Source: Deltaproteobacteria bacterium (GTDB taxonomy: Bacteria; Desulfobacterota; Desulfomonilia; UBA1062). Taken from it: a stretch of 64,000 nt of DNA. The notes beneath the pieces were generated by a model, which had not been told where the DNA came from, searched no databases, and saw nothing but the letters and a program-made list of their open reading frames with translations. Below are positions 39,473 to 48,773 of this stretch, in pieces; within the stretch, counting starts at the first letter, position 1, and every line of letters begins with the position of its first letter. The position numbers and the translations under genes were made by a program. Where the stretch lies: assembly GCA_018433085.1 (NCBI GenBank), contig JAHDRW010000041.1, forward strand, positions 19,386-83,385, written 5' to 3'.

Positions 39473-40669
39473 TCACCGCATCATCCACTGGAGCCGGCCC
39501 TTTTTCAGGGATATCGCCGCCTTGGGGCACACCTCGAGACAGCAGAGGCACCGGATGCACGCACCGTAATCGAACCGGGGGATCTCTTCTCCCTCTTCCG
39601 CCCTGCCGATCGCCTGGGCAGGGCAGATCTCCCGGCACTGATAGCAGAGCGTGCAGCGCCCGGCCACCGGCACCGGGCGGTCGGTGAACAGATCCTTCAT
39701 GATCCTGCGGATCAGGGGAACCTGCAGGAACCGGGTCGCCCCGGGCTTTTGCGGCGCACGGAAATCGCCTACGCGCATATCCTCGATCCTCTCGCCTATA
39801 AGCTGGATCTCTTCTCCGGACGAGATTCCGAACCCCCTCCGAAAGCCCTCGGTAAGGGTGGTGCAGAGCCGGATATCGAGACCGCTCACCTGCACACCCA
39901 CCCAGTCCACGGCCAGGGCATCGAGACCGACGATCACCGCGCTCATGGTCCGGGGCCTGCCCGCGGACCCGGGACCGTCGCCCTCCATGGCGACTATGGC
40001 ATCCATGAGGTGAACCATGGTCCTGGGAGGATCGAACCCGTTGAGGAAGGCGCCGTACAGGTCCAGGATAAACCCGGAAAAATCGTCCTTTTCCGGAAAC
40101 TTGAGGTGCATCTGGGACTTCCGCAGACCGGGCACGGCCCCAAAGAGATTCTTCATCGCGGCGGTGATGTAGGTGAGACCGTGGGTCTTGAATTTGGGCA
40201 GGTTGACGATCATGTCCGCGTCGAAGAAGGCACGGGCGATCTCGAAGGACCTCATCCTCCTGCCTCCGGGGTAGGAGAGCTTCCCGGTTTCGGACAGATC
40301 GGCCACCGGTATTCCGAGATCCTTGAGCACCGGTGCGTAACCGGCCGCCTTCAGGGCGTTCCCGAGGGATACAACGGCCGGAGACTCGGCCAGGATCGGC
40401 CTTCCCCCGTGGTCTATGACGATCTCGGCGGCCGCGCGGAAGAAATGTGGATGGGTGACCACCGCGCTCTGGGGCCGTGCCGCGGATAGGAGATTCGGCT
40501 TCAGAACGACCCGCGCCCCGCGAAACGACGGGAGTGGAAAGCCGATGTCGTGGAGGCCGCGGAGCATGGTTTCCTTGAGCGCCGGCAGCTCGTAGCCCCT
40601 GCATCGCAGGAGAGAAACACTGGTCATGACTGAGGACCTCTCTTCCATCAAATGAATGATATCCTTCAT
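39473..40669 (-). CDS. DUF362 domain protein with C-terminal 2x[4Fe-4S] ferredoxin
   Basis: VVLKPNLLSAARPQSAVVTHPHFFRAAAEIV is DUF362-like. The C-terminus has CTLCYQCREICP and CIRCLCCLEVCP. The start is uncertain; ATG 40627 is an alternative. Confidence 0.7.
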   Translation of the reverse strand: MKDIIHLMEERSSVMTSVSLLRCRGYELPALKETMLRGLHDIGFPLPSFRGARVVLKPNLLSAARPQSAVVTHPHFFRAAAEIVIDHGGRPILAESPAVVSLGNALKAAGYAPVLKDLGIPVADLSETGKLSYPGGRRMRSFEIARAFFDADMIVNLPKFKTHGLTYITAAMKNLFGAVPGLRKSQMHLKFPEKDDFSGFILDLYGAFLNGFDPPRTMVHLMDAIVAMEGDGPGSAGRPRTMSAVIVGLDALAVDWVGVQVSGLDIRLCTTLTEGFRRGFGISSGEEIQLIGERIEDMRVGDFRAPQKPGATRFLQVPLIRRIMKDLFTDRPVPVAGRCTLCYQCREICPAQAIGRAEEGEEIPRFDYGACIRCLCCLEVCPKAAISLKKGRLQWMMR

Positions 40670-40707
40670 AATACCGAATGCATTTACCCGGTCAATCGGA
40701 AGATGAT

Positions 40708-40736
40708 TTGACGCATGAAACCCCGAGGGTTATAGA
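40708..40736 (+). promoter_or_regulatory. sigma-70-like promoter of xth
   Basis: TTGACG (40708-40713), a 17-nt spacer, then TATAGA (40731-40736), lying 40 nt upstream of the xth ATG. Confidence 0.4.
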
Positions 40737-40775
40737 AAACGGGAGAATCATGCAAGGAGGAGGTGACCGGGGAAG

Positions 40776-41531
40776 ATGAAACTGATCTCATGGAACGTCA
40801 ACGGGCTCAGGGCCGCAGTGAAAAGCGGGTTTCAGGAAAAGGTGCAGATGTTCGACGCCGATGTCGTGTGCATTCAGGAAACCAGGGCGGGCAACGGTGA
40901 AATCGCCGTCGATGTCCCCGGCTACCTGCAGTACTGGAACAATGCCGAGAAAAAGGGATACTCGGGAACGGCCGTCTTCTCCCGGAAGGAGCCCCTGTCC
41001 GTCTCGTACGGCATGGGCATGCCCGAGCACGACCGGGAGGGGCGGATCATCACCCTGGAGTTTCCGGGCTTCTTCCTCGTGAACGTCTACACCCCCAACG
41101 CCCAGCGGGGTCTGACCCGGCTCGACTACCGCATGAAGTGGGACGCCGACTTCCTCGCGTACCTGAAAAAACTCGAACAGAGGAATCCGGTCGTCTTCTG
41201 CGGAGACCTCAACGTGGCCCACCAGGAGATCGACCTCAAAAACCCGAAAGCGAACGTCCGCAACGCGGGATTCACCCCGGAGGAGCGCGGCTCCTTCGAC
41301 CGGTTTCTGGAGAGCGGCTTCATCGATACCTTCCGGGTGTTCAACCAGGAGCCGGGCAACTACACCTGGTGGTCCTACCGGTTCAATGCCCGCGCCAAGG
41401 GTATCGGGTGGCGCATCGACTATTTCTGCATCTCCTCTTCGCTGAAGACCCTGCTCAAGGACGCATTCATCCTCGATCACGTCACCGGCTCGGACCACTG
41501 CCCTGTGGGAATCGTCCTGGAGGAGAGCTGA
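40776..41531 (+). CDS. xth: exodeoxyribonuclease III
   Basis: MKLISWNVNGLRAAVKSGF...VVCIQETR...FCGDLNVAHQEIDL...WRIDYF...SDHCPV. Confidence 0.95.
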   Translation: MKLISWNVNGLRAAVKSGFQEKVQMFDADVVCIQETRAGNGEIAVDVPGYLQYWNNAEKKGYSGTAVFSRKEPLSVSYGMGMPEHDREGRIITLEFPGFFLVNVYTPNAQRGLTRLDYRMKWDADFLAYLKKLEQRNPVVFCGDLNVAHQEIDLKNPKANVRNAGFTPEERGSFDRFLESGFIDTFRVFNQEPGNYTWWSYRFNARAKGIGWRIDYFCISSSLKTLLKDAFILDHVTGSDHCPVGIVLEES

Positions 41532-41552
41532 TCCATCTTCTCATAGTTTCAT

Positions 41553-41948
41553 CTACTTCAGCAGGTACAGGCTGACCGCCATGACGATCATGCCCGTTAT
41601 CACCCCGAGAATGGGGGCGTGCTCGGAATCGATGGTCTTGGCCACGGGGATGAGCTCGTCCAGGGAGATGACCACCATGATCCCTGCCACGCATGCCAGG
41701 GCGATGCCCATCACGATCTCGGACAGAAAGGGCATGAGAACCGCTGCGGCGAGAAACGCGCCCGCGACCTCGCTGATCCCGGAGAAAAACGACCAGAGAA
41801 AGGCCTTTTTCCGGCTGCCCGAGGCAATGTACACCGGCGCGGAAATGGCCAGGCCTTCCGGGATGTTGTGAATGGCGATGGCAATGCCCAGGGCCATGCC
41901 CGCCCCCGTGGTAATGAGCAGGGCATGGAACACCCCGGTTTCAGCCAA
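41553..41948 (-). CDS. half-length ZIP-family (ZupT-like) metal transporter, C-terminal half only
   Basis: 131 aa with the HNIPEGLA motif and 4-5 hydrophobic helices. It has a TTG start 7 nt after AAGGAGG. Only ~100 bp separate it from the next gene, so no N-terminal half is present. Confidence 0.65.
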   Translation of the reverse strand: MAETGVFHALLITTGAGMALGIAIAIHNIPEGLAISAPVYIASGSRKKAFLWSFFSGISEVAGAFLAAAVLMPFLSEIVMGIALACVAGIMVVISLDELIPVAKTIDSEHAPILGVITGMIVMAVSLYLLK

Positions 41949-42049
41949 CGCATCACCTCCTTGTATCGGATATGGGCATTCGTGCCTTACGCACTCCGCT
42001 TAAGGCGCAGGAGGGAATGACGACGCCGTCTCGTGCGAACCCGGAATGC

Positions 42050-42799
42050 CTAGCGGACGTCCTTCCAGGTAAAACTCTCCTTTTCCACGGACCCGGAGTC
42101 CATATCAAGCGCATCCAGCTCGCCAAGGATGTATTCCTGCATGGGAGGAGGACCGCAGAGAAACACGCCTGGATCCTCGGAAGGCAGATATTTCTTCATC
42201 AGATCCCTGCTGCACCTCCCGGGCTCGTAGAAGACAGCCGGAAAGTCATGGTGGGCATACCCGCTCAGATCGCTCCCCGGGGCCTCCCTGCTCAGGTTGT
42301 GCACGATCGTCAGCGGTATTTCCCTGCTCATGGCGTTCAGCTCGTCCAAGGCAAACGCATCGTCAAGGGACTTGTTCGACCACAGCAGGAGCACGTGGTT
42401 GCGTGCGCGGATATTCCGGAAGTGCCTGAGGACGCTCAGGAAAGGGGTGATACCGACGCCGCCCGCGATCATCACGATCTCCCCGTGCGCATCGATATCC
42501 TTGCAGAACCCCCCGTACGGACCGGACACGATCACGGGCTCGCCCTCCTTCACGTCAGGTATCAGCGAGGTGAACACGCCGAGCTTCTTGATGGTGACCC
42601 TGAGCCGGGGGTCTTCCGGGGCGCAGGATATGGTAAACGGGTGAGGCTTGCTCCACTGTCCGTCCTGCATGATCTTCAGGGTGAGAAACTGGCCTGCGTG
42701 CCTTTTCCTGAACGATTCGCCGTATCCTTCGATGAAGAGGGACGTGATATCCCGATTCTCCCGGACTTTCTCCACTACTCGTGCCGTGTCTTTGCTCAT
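42050..42799 (-). CDS. FNR-like FAD/NAD(P)-binding oxidoreductase (ferric-reductase-type cytoplasmic module)
   Basis: HAGQFLTLKI...HPFTISCAPEDPRLRVTIKKLGVFT... is the FAD-binding barrel. IVMIAGGVGITPFLSVLR is the NAD-binding part. Length 249 aa. Confidence 0.75.
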   Translation of the reverse strand: MSKDTARVVEKVRENRDITSLFIEGYGESFRKRHAGQFLTLKIMQDGQWSKPHPFTISCAPEDPRLRVTIKKLGVFTSLIPDVKEGEPVIVSGPYGGFCKDIDAHGEIVMIAGGVGITPFLSVLRHFRNIRARNHVLLLWSNKSLDDAFALDELNAMSREIPLTIVHNLSREAPGSDLSGYAHHDFPAVFYEPGRCSRDLMKKYLPSEDPGVFLCGPPPMQEYILGELDALDMDSGSVEKESFTWKDVR

Positions 42800-43056
42800 G
42801 ATCCACTCCCTTATATGCCTGCCGATGTCATCTCATGTATACAGAAGTTATAGAGAAATGCCGGAGGGTAATCAAGGCGTGAGGGCCGGGAAATATGAGC
42901 AGGCACCCTTCCTGAGAATCTTGCCGGGCATGTGCAGGCTCTCCCCCCTTCACGTTCAGGCACGTGCATGCAGATCCATACCCGGCGTATCCTCGAAAAA
43001 AAAGAAATCCCGGTTTTTAAGTATCCCGCAAAGATCGGGGCGCCCGTGACACGTCT

Positions 43057-43587
43057 TCAGGCGCCGTCCAGGCCGTGGTGCTCCATCTCGGCAAACCATG
43101 AACCCGGGTCTTTCAGATATTCCTCGATATCCCTGATGTCGAGAAAATGCTCATGTTTCATCCCGGCGAGTGATCGGAAGAGCTCCCGCTCGTCCGGGTC
43201 CTTGATCCTTTCGCTGAAGAGAGAGAAATATGCCGAAGCCTTATCGATAAGGGATGAAGCCGCCTCGAGTATGGTATAATCGTCATATTCTGTGAGGGCC
43301 TGTGCAATCTCACGGGAGAGCCCGTTCTCGAAATCGTCTGCGCCGTCCAGGGAGGCGGCGGCAGGGTTCTCCGGTGAATCGTTCATGCCGGTTCCCTTGC
43401 TTGCCCGATGCCTGCGAAACCGGTACAGCATCCTGAAATTCCTGCGCCCCTTCTCGGCAAGGTCCTGGAACATCTCCTTGCCCAGCGGGTTTCTGATGTG
43501 TTTTGCCTGTTCCACGAAGAAATCGATGGTCCTCTTTTCGTTGATCAGGGCGGCGTCGAGCCTGGACAGAGTTTGAATGCCTTCCAT
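43057..43587 (-). CDS. ferritin-like/rubrerythrin-type four-helix-bundle protein (tentative)
   Basis: The two halves carry ALINEKRTIDFFVEQAKH and LFRSLAGMKHEHFLDI, which are ExxH-type pairs. Start trimmed to ATG 43587. The assignment rests on motif resemblance only. Confidence 0.5.
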   Translation of the reverse strand: MEGIQTLSRLDAALINEKRTIDFFVEQAKHIRNPLGKEMFQDLAEKGRRNFRMLYRFRRHRASKGTGMNDSPENPAAASLDGADDFENGLSREIAQALTEYDDYTILEAASSLIDKASAYFSLFSERIKDPDERELFRSLAGMKHEHFLDIRDIEEYLKDPGSWFAEMEHHGLDGA

Positions 43588-43747
43588 GCGATCCCCCTTT
43601 TCCCTGATACACGAGCAGAACAATGGTCATTGAATAAGTCTATAATAAGGGCTCGGGCAGGAATGAAAACCGCTTCCCGCCGCTTTCTCTGGGCTGTCGG
43701 GTCAGGCGTGCTCCGTTTTCTGGGGCAAAGACCCAAACGCCCGGGAA

Positions 43748-44472
43748 TCAGCCCAGCTCGCGTATGTCGGAAATGTATCTCGCGTCGAGATGCGCCTGTA
43801 GGGTACGGAAAAAGAGTGGATTCACGGCATGGGGAGGAAGCCCGAGCCGTGGACGACTCTTCGGGCCGTCTCGGGCAGCGAGGCCGGTTTCTCGCAGTGG
43901 TCCAGCACGCAGGAGTGCAGACGCTGCAGGGAGTCCAGCGCCCTGTCCGTCACCTCGAAAATCTCTTCTCCGTAATGGGGCTCGTCCCATGACGAGAGCA
44001 GAACGCTCAGGTTTTCCAGTACCTGGATCGCCCGGATGGACCTGACCGTGGCCGGCGATCATCGTAGATGGGCATCTCCCCCTCGACCGGGACGGCGTCG
44101 CCTGAGAAGAGAACTCCTTCTTCCCGCAGGAAGAGGCCTATATGCCCTTTTGCATGCCCCGGGGGGATGCATCACCTCGAGCGCTCTTCCATGGCCTGCA
44201 TCGATGAGCTCTCCATCCCGGAGCTCCCGGTCCACCGTGAGGGCGCCCTCCACCAGGCGGTGAAAGCCCGGCACCGGCCTCTGACGGTACTGAAGGTCGA
44301 TGTCCTGAATCCAGTCCTTCTCGAGCTCACGGGCCGCCACCACGCAACCGGTCCGTTCCTTTACGGCCAGCGCGCCTCCCATGTGGTCCGGATGGGCATG
44401 GGTGAGGACGGCCAGGCCGATGTCGTCGGGCTCTGTCGAACGCGAAGGCGGGGACCCGCCGCGGCGAATCAC
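43748..44472 (-). pseudogene. metallo-beta-lactamase-fold hydrolase, 5-prime truncated with three frameshifts
   Basis: LAVLTHAHPDHMGG lies only 23 codons after the upstream stop. The reading frame changes at the C6G4 run (44157-44166: LEVMHPPG | HAKGHIGLFLREEGVLFSGDAVPV). It changes again near 44055-44062 (IYDD | PATVRSIRAIQVLENL) and near 43845-43860 (ETARRVVH | LGLPPHAVNPLFFRTLQAHLD). Confidence 0.7.
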
Positions 44473-44987
44473 TTCGAAGCGCCTTTCTGCATTACGGCTG
44501 CCTGTACAACCACGCCTGCAATGCTCAGTGCGGTAAAGATGATGATGCTCGCCGCGACGCCCTCATGGAGCGACTGCGTGATGAGCAGGGAACCCACCAG
44601 GGAAGACAGGATGATGATCGACCAGTCGAAAAACACGGCGAAGAGCACGGCGCACAGGGCGCCAAAGATCGCACCGGCGATCCACGGGGCATTTTCCGAG
44701 GCGAGGTGAAAATAGTTTGCGAGAGAGAAGGCGAAGAACCCCCCGGCAAGAAAACCGGCAAATGCCATGACGAACCGCTTGAAAAAGACGGCCAGGACAC
44801 CCGCGAGGGCTCCCGATCCCAGCGCCGCGGCCACAATCAGCCAGCCGGGCCGGCCGTGGAGGATCTGGGGCGCGGCGATCAGTGCGTACAGCAAAACCAC
44901 CAGGCCCACGAAGAGCCAGTACAGCTGCCTTCCGAACATGATCAGCCAGACGCCTGCCAGAATGTTGATCGTATCCAGACTCACCAT
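44469..44987 (-). CDS. multi-pass integral membrane protein, hypothetical
   Basis: 172 aa, about 5-6 hydrophobic helices rich in Gly/Ala/Phe (GVWLIMFGRQLYWLFVGLVVLLYALIAAP...). Its stop overlaps the first codon of the open frame of the MBL pseudogene. Confidence 0.6.
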   Translation of the reverse strand: MVSLDTINILAGVWLIMFGRQLYWLFVGLVVLLYALIAAPQILHGRPGWLIVAAALGSGALAGVLAVFFKRFVMAFAGFLAGGFFAFSLANYFHLASENAPWIAGAIFGALCAVLFAVFFDWSIIILSSLVGSLLITQSLHEGVAASIIIFTALSIAGVVVQAAVMQKGASK

Positions 44988-45190
44988 CACGCCGCTCTTC
45001 CATTACACTGCAGATGTTTTCTCGCAGGTCCCTGCATCTTTCGCAAGAACAAAGGGACAGGGGCATTCCCTGCCGATGCATGCCGCAACGAAGTCCGCAG
45101 CGGATAAAACCGGCCGGGCATACCCTGTTCTTCAACCGGGAGCCATGCATCAAAAAAAGGTGCCTGGCCCCCTCGCAAGACGTGGTCCGG

Positions 45191-45532
45191 CTAGTGACGT
45201 CCGCCGGTCCTTCGTCCTCCTCCGCCTCCGCCTCCCCTCATGGGACCGCCGAAACCTCGTCCGCCGCCACCCCGTGAAGAACCGCCTTCGGTTCTCGGGC
45301 GCGCCTCGTTGACACTTAAGGCCCTGCCCTTGAACTCTTTGCCGTTCAGCTCATTGATGGCGGACCGTGCCTCCTCTGCAGACGGCATCTCGACAAAACC
45401 GAATCCCTTGGACTGACCGCTGAATTTGTCTTTGATGATGTTAACACTCGCGATCTCGCCAAAGTCTCCGAATGCCGACCGTAAATCTTCTTCCGTGACA
45501 CTGTACGCCAAGTTTCCTACGTAGATGTTCAT
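45191..45532 (-). CDS. RRM-type RNA-binding protein with Gly/Arg-rich tail
   Basis: MNIYVGNLAYSVTEEDLRSAFGDFGEIASVNIIKDKFSGQSKGFGFVEM contains RNP2 and RNP1, followed by RGGGGRGFGG...GGGGGGGRR. ATG 45532 has AAGGAG 9 nt upstream. Confidence 0.9.
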   Translation of the reverse strand: MNIYVGNLAYSVTEEDLRSAFGDFGEIASVNIIKDKFSGQSKGFGFVEMPSAEEARSAINELNGKEFKGRALSVNEARPRTEGGSSRGGGGRGFGGPMRGGGGGGGRRTGGRH

Positions 45533-45826
45533 AAATGGTTCTCCTTTAGGGTTTTTCACTAGTTCAGCTTGCAGATACGTAAGGCGGGAATCGAGGAGCA
45601 TGCCAGCCGAAACGTCTCTCATCTCTGTACGGTGTTTTCAATCACGCGAATCGTTCATCCAATCAAAAATGTTCTTGATATTATGTATGAAGTGAACATG
45701 GAAAAAAGCAACACCCTTTCCCCTTTTTTCCAGAAATAAAGAATCGGCGGCGTGATCATCATCAACTTATTCTATAGCTGTTTTACGTTTCTTCACAAGA
45801 AAATAATGCATGTATTCCCGGCACAC

Positions 45827-46216
45827 TCACCGGTCTTTCTTGCCCTTGAGCAGGGAATCGAGTCCGGCGAAGGCCTTGTAGGTGTGGGAAGCGCCCGGCT
45901 CGCTTGTCCGGGTTTCCTCTCCATACCACTGGCTGTCGACATCCCTGGAGTGTTCGATGTCGTGGCAGTAGACGCACAGGAGCTCCCAGTTGCTCCCGTC
46001 AGGCGGGTTGTTGTCGTGGTTGTGGTCCTTGTGATGAACCGTGAGCTCGCGCAGCTTCCTGCCCGAGAACTCGCGGCCGCACCGCGCGCAGACCCAGGGA
46101 AAGAGCCTGAGCGCCTGCTCCCGGTAGCTTTTCTCGCGCTGTTCCCTGCTGCGCTTTACCTCTGCCGAGAAATCGTTCAGCCTGTCGGAACCCGTGCCTG
46201 GTTTCTTCTGTGACAT
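45827..46216 (-). CDS. yajD: HNH nuclease family protein YajD
   Basis: CARCGREFSGRKLRELTVHHKDHNHDNNPPDGSNWELLCVYCHDIEH. ATG 46216 has AGGAGGG 7 nt upstream. Confidence 0.8.
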   Translation of the reverse strand: MSQKKPGTGSDRLNDFSAEVKRSREQREKSYREQALRLFPWVCARCGREFSGRKLRELTVHHKDHNHDNNPPDGSNWELLCVYCHDIEHSRDVDSQWYGEETRTSEPGASHTYKAFAGLDSLLKGKKDR

Positions 46217-46249
46217 CTGCACACCCTCCTGTATGCGTTCATGTTTTTT

Positions 46250-46936
46250 TCAAGGTTGCCGCCCGCTGTCAACGGAGAAGTAGCTCTCTTCGTCCGCATC
46301 CGGTTTCCGGTACGAGGCGGGAACAGCATACTTCCGGACCACACCCTCTTCGAGATCGGCCCTGAAGAGAAAACCGCCCTCTCCCGCCAACCCGTACACC
46401 ACGAACACCCGAGGCGACAGCCATACGCCTCCGTGAACGCACCCCGCGGTGCCAAGGCTCATGAACCGGCACAGGCTCGTCCCGTTCGGATAATACAGGG
46501 AAACCGACGAGTCCGGCTCTCCGCGAACCACCCTGCCCTGCTCCCGCAGATATCCGGTGTCGATCACCAGGCACACGCTGCCCGTTTCGTTGCAGACGAG
46601 CCCGCTGCCGGGCTCCTTAACCCCGGGCGGTGAAATGGGAATGCAGGAGAATTTCATGGTCCCGTCGTCCTGTACCGGGGCACCCTCTGCAAAGAAGAAG
46701 TTCTTCCAGGAACGCACCTCGGGATTCTCTAGCATGTCGTCACCCTTGCGCGAACAACCAGGGAGCGAGATCACGACTGCAAGGGCCGCAGCCAGGCAAA
46801 GACGGAAACAGGCGCGGAAAAACCCCGCCGCATTCTTGCACGTCCCGGATTTCCCGTTCTGCAGGGGCAAAACCATTTGCATACGATACTGAACTATTCG
46901 CTCCGCGACAATACCCATGTTTCGGGAGCGCTTCAT
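46250..46936 (-). CDS. hypothetical protein, possible lipoprotein
   Basis: A hydrophobic stretch CLAAALAVVISLPGCS could be a lipobox, although Pro at -2 is atypical. The start is uncertain (ATG 46936 or the internal MQMV). No family recognised. Confidence 0.45.
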   Translation of the reverse strand: MKRSRNMGIVAERIVQYRMQMVLPLQNGKSGTCKNAAGFFRACFRLCLAAALAVVISLPGCSRKGDDMLENPEVRSWKNFFFAEGAPVQDDGTMKFSCIPISPPGVKEPGSGLVCNETGSVCLVIDTGYLREQGRVVRGEPDSSVSLYYPNGTSLCRFMSLGTAGCVHGGVWLSPRVFVVYGLAGEGGFLFRADLEEGVVRKYAVPASYRKPDADEESYFSVDSGRQP

Positions 46937-47021
46937 TGTCGTGAGCAACCCTTTTTAAGGGGCTGTTTTTCTCATGTCCACCTGTGATAGAGTTCTTCCC
47001 GGCACAGACAGGAGACAGCCC

Positions 47022-48773
47022 ATGTTCCGTATCCGCAGGGTATACGACGACAGCATTCCCATCGACCGGGACGCGGTTTCCCAGGTGCAGGCAATCATGA
47101 GAAGCCAGTTCGCCGCGCTGCCGGAAAACGACATCCGGAAGCTCCCCGCCACGCTCAGAAACCCGCTCAAGTACCGGTTCCGTTCCATCCTGTTCATCGC
47201 CGACGACTCCCGGGCCAGGGTAAAGGGCTTTGCCCTGCTGCTTCACGCACCGGACCTGAACTTCTGCTACCTGGATTTCCTCTCCGTGGACCCCGGCATC
47301 CACGGGGGCGGCATCGGCGGCGCACTGTACGAGCGGGTGCGCGACGAGTCACGCGAGCTCGAGGTAACGGGCCTCTTCTTCGAGAGCCTGCCCGACGAAG
47401 AGCGGCTCTGCAGGGACCACGCACTGCTGAGGCAGAATCGCTCCCGGCTCAAGTTCTACGAGCGGTACGGCGCGCGGCCCGTCATCGGCACTGCCTACGA
47501 GACGCCGCTGAAACCCGGGGACGACTGCCCTCCCTATCTCGTGTACGACCCCCTGGACCATGTCGAGCCCCTGAGCGCCTTGGCCCTCAAACGGATCGTC
47601 CGAGCGGTCCTGGAGCGGAAATACGGCATGAGCACGCCTCCCGGCTATATCGACATGGTGGTCGATTCCATCCTGGACGATCCGGTCCGCATCAGGGAGC
47701 CGCGGTATCGCGCGAGGCAGTCGCTTTCCCCCGTATCCTTCAGCCGCTCGATCGACCGCTTGATCGGCCTGGTGGTCACTGACCGGCACGAGATCCACCA
47801 CGTGCACGAGCGCGGCTATGTCGAGGCCCCGGTGCGGATCGGCTCCATACTCGCCGGGCTCGAGGATTTACGCTTCTTTGCGAGGAAAGAACCCCGGAAC
47901 TATTCCGAAGGGTGGATCAGGAGGATCCATGCCCGCGACTTCGTGGAATACCTCAAGAGGATGTGCAGCAGGGTGGACAAGGGCAAATCGATTTACCCCT
48001 ATGTCTTCCCCATCCGCAACGCCGCACGGCCCCCCAGGGAGCTGCCCGTCCGCGCCGGTTATTACTGCATCGACACCTTCACGCCGCTCAACCGCGATGC
48101 CTACGTTGCAGCCAGGCGCTCGGTAGACTGCGCACTCACCGCTTCCGACATGCTGCTGGGCGGCTATCGCCTCGCCTACGCCTTGGTGCGTCCTCCCGGC
48201 CACCACGCCGAGCCCCGGGCGTTCGGTGGATTCTGCTACTTCAACTCGACCGCCGTGGCGGCCGAATACCTGAGCGCCCACGGCAGGGTCGCGGTCCTCG
48301 ACATCGACTATCACCACGGCAACGGCACCCAGGAGGTCTTCTACGAGCGCGCCGACGTGCTCACCCTGTCCATCCACGGCAACCCGGACTTCGCCTACCC
48401 CTATTTCAGCGGATTCCACGACGAGCACGGGAGGGGTCCCGGCCGGGGATACAACGTCAATTATCCCCTGCCCGAGACTATAAACGGCGAGGAATACCGC
48501 GTGGTTTTGGGAAGGGCGCTGCGCCGGGTCGAACGCTTCAAACCGAGATTCCTGGTGATCGCCCTGGGCCTCGACACGGCAAAGGCGGACCCAACCGGGA
48601 CCTGGAGCCTGAGGCAGAAAGACTTCGAGGCTGTCGGCCGGATGATTGGCGCGCTGAAACTACCCACCCTGGTCGTCCAGGAGGGTGGCTACCGGGTGAA
48701 ATCCCTCGGGGCAAACGCCCGCCATTTCTTCCTTGGCCTGTGGGAGAGCGCCTGCCTCCCGGACAGGCGCTGA
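47022..48773 (+). CDS. GNAT acetyltransferase fused to a histone-deacetylase/acetylpolyamine-amidohydrolase-type domain
   Basis: The N-terminal ~180 aa have FCYLDFLSVDPGIHGGGIGGALYERV (GNAT motif A). The C-terminal ~330 aa have ALVRPPGHHAE, CYFNSTAVAA, LDIDYHHGNGTQEVF and NVNYPL (HDAC Zn and catalytic residues). Start trimmed to ATG 47022. Confidence 0.85.
   Translation: MFRIRRVYDDSIPIDRDAVSQVQAIMRSQFAALPENDIRKLPATLRNPLKYRFRSILFIADDSRARVKGFALLLHAPDLNFCYLDFLSVDPGIHGGGIGGALYERVRDESRELEVTGLFFESLPDEERLCRDHALLRQNRSRLKFYERYGARPVIGTAYETPLKPGDDCPPYLVYDPLDHVEPLSALALKRIVRAVLERKYGMSTPPGYIDMVVDSILDDPVRIREPRYRARQSLSPVSFSRSIDRLIGLVVTDRHEIHHVHERGYVEAPVRIGSILAGLEDLRFFARKEPRNYSEGWIRRIHARDFVEYLKRMCSRVDKGKSIYPYVFPIRNAARPPRELPVRAGYYCIDTFTPLNRDAYVAARRSVDCALTASDMLLGGYRLAYALVRPPGHHAEPRAFGGFCYFNSTAVAAEYLSAHGRVAVLDIDYHHGNGTQEVFYERADVLTLSIHGNPDFAYPYFSGFHDEHGRGPGRGYNVNYPLPETINGEEYRVVLGRALRRVERFKPRFLVIALGLDTAKADPTGTWSLRQKDFEAVGRMIGALKLPTLVVQEGGYRVKSLGANARHFFLGLWESACLPDRR

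Noticed and set aside
45191-45300. Tandem-looking GGAGGCGGAGG repeats, and the AAGAAGAAAAAG tract at 26830..26870
   Set aside because: Both are in-frame low-complexity coding sequence. The first is the Gly/Arg tail of the RRM protein and the second is the Lys tail of the basic protein. Neither is a CRISPR or satellite repeat.
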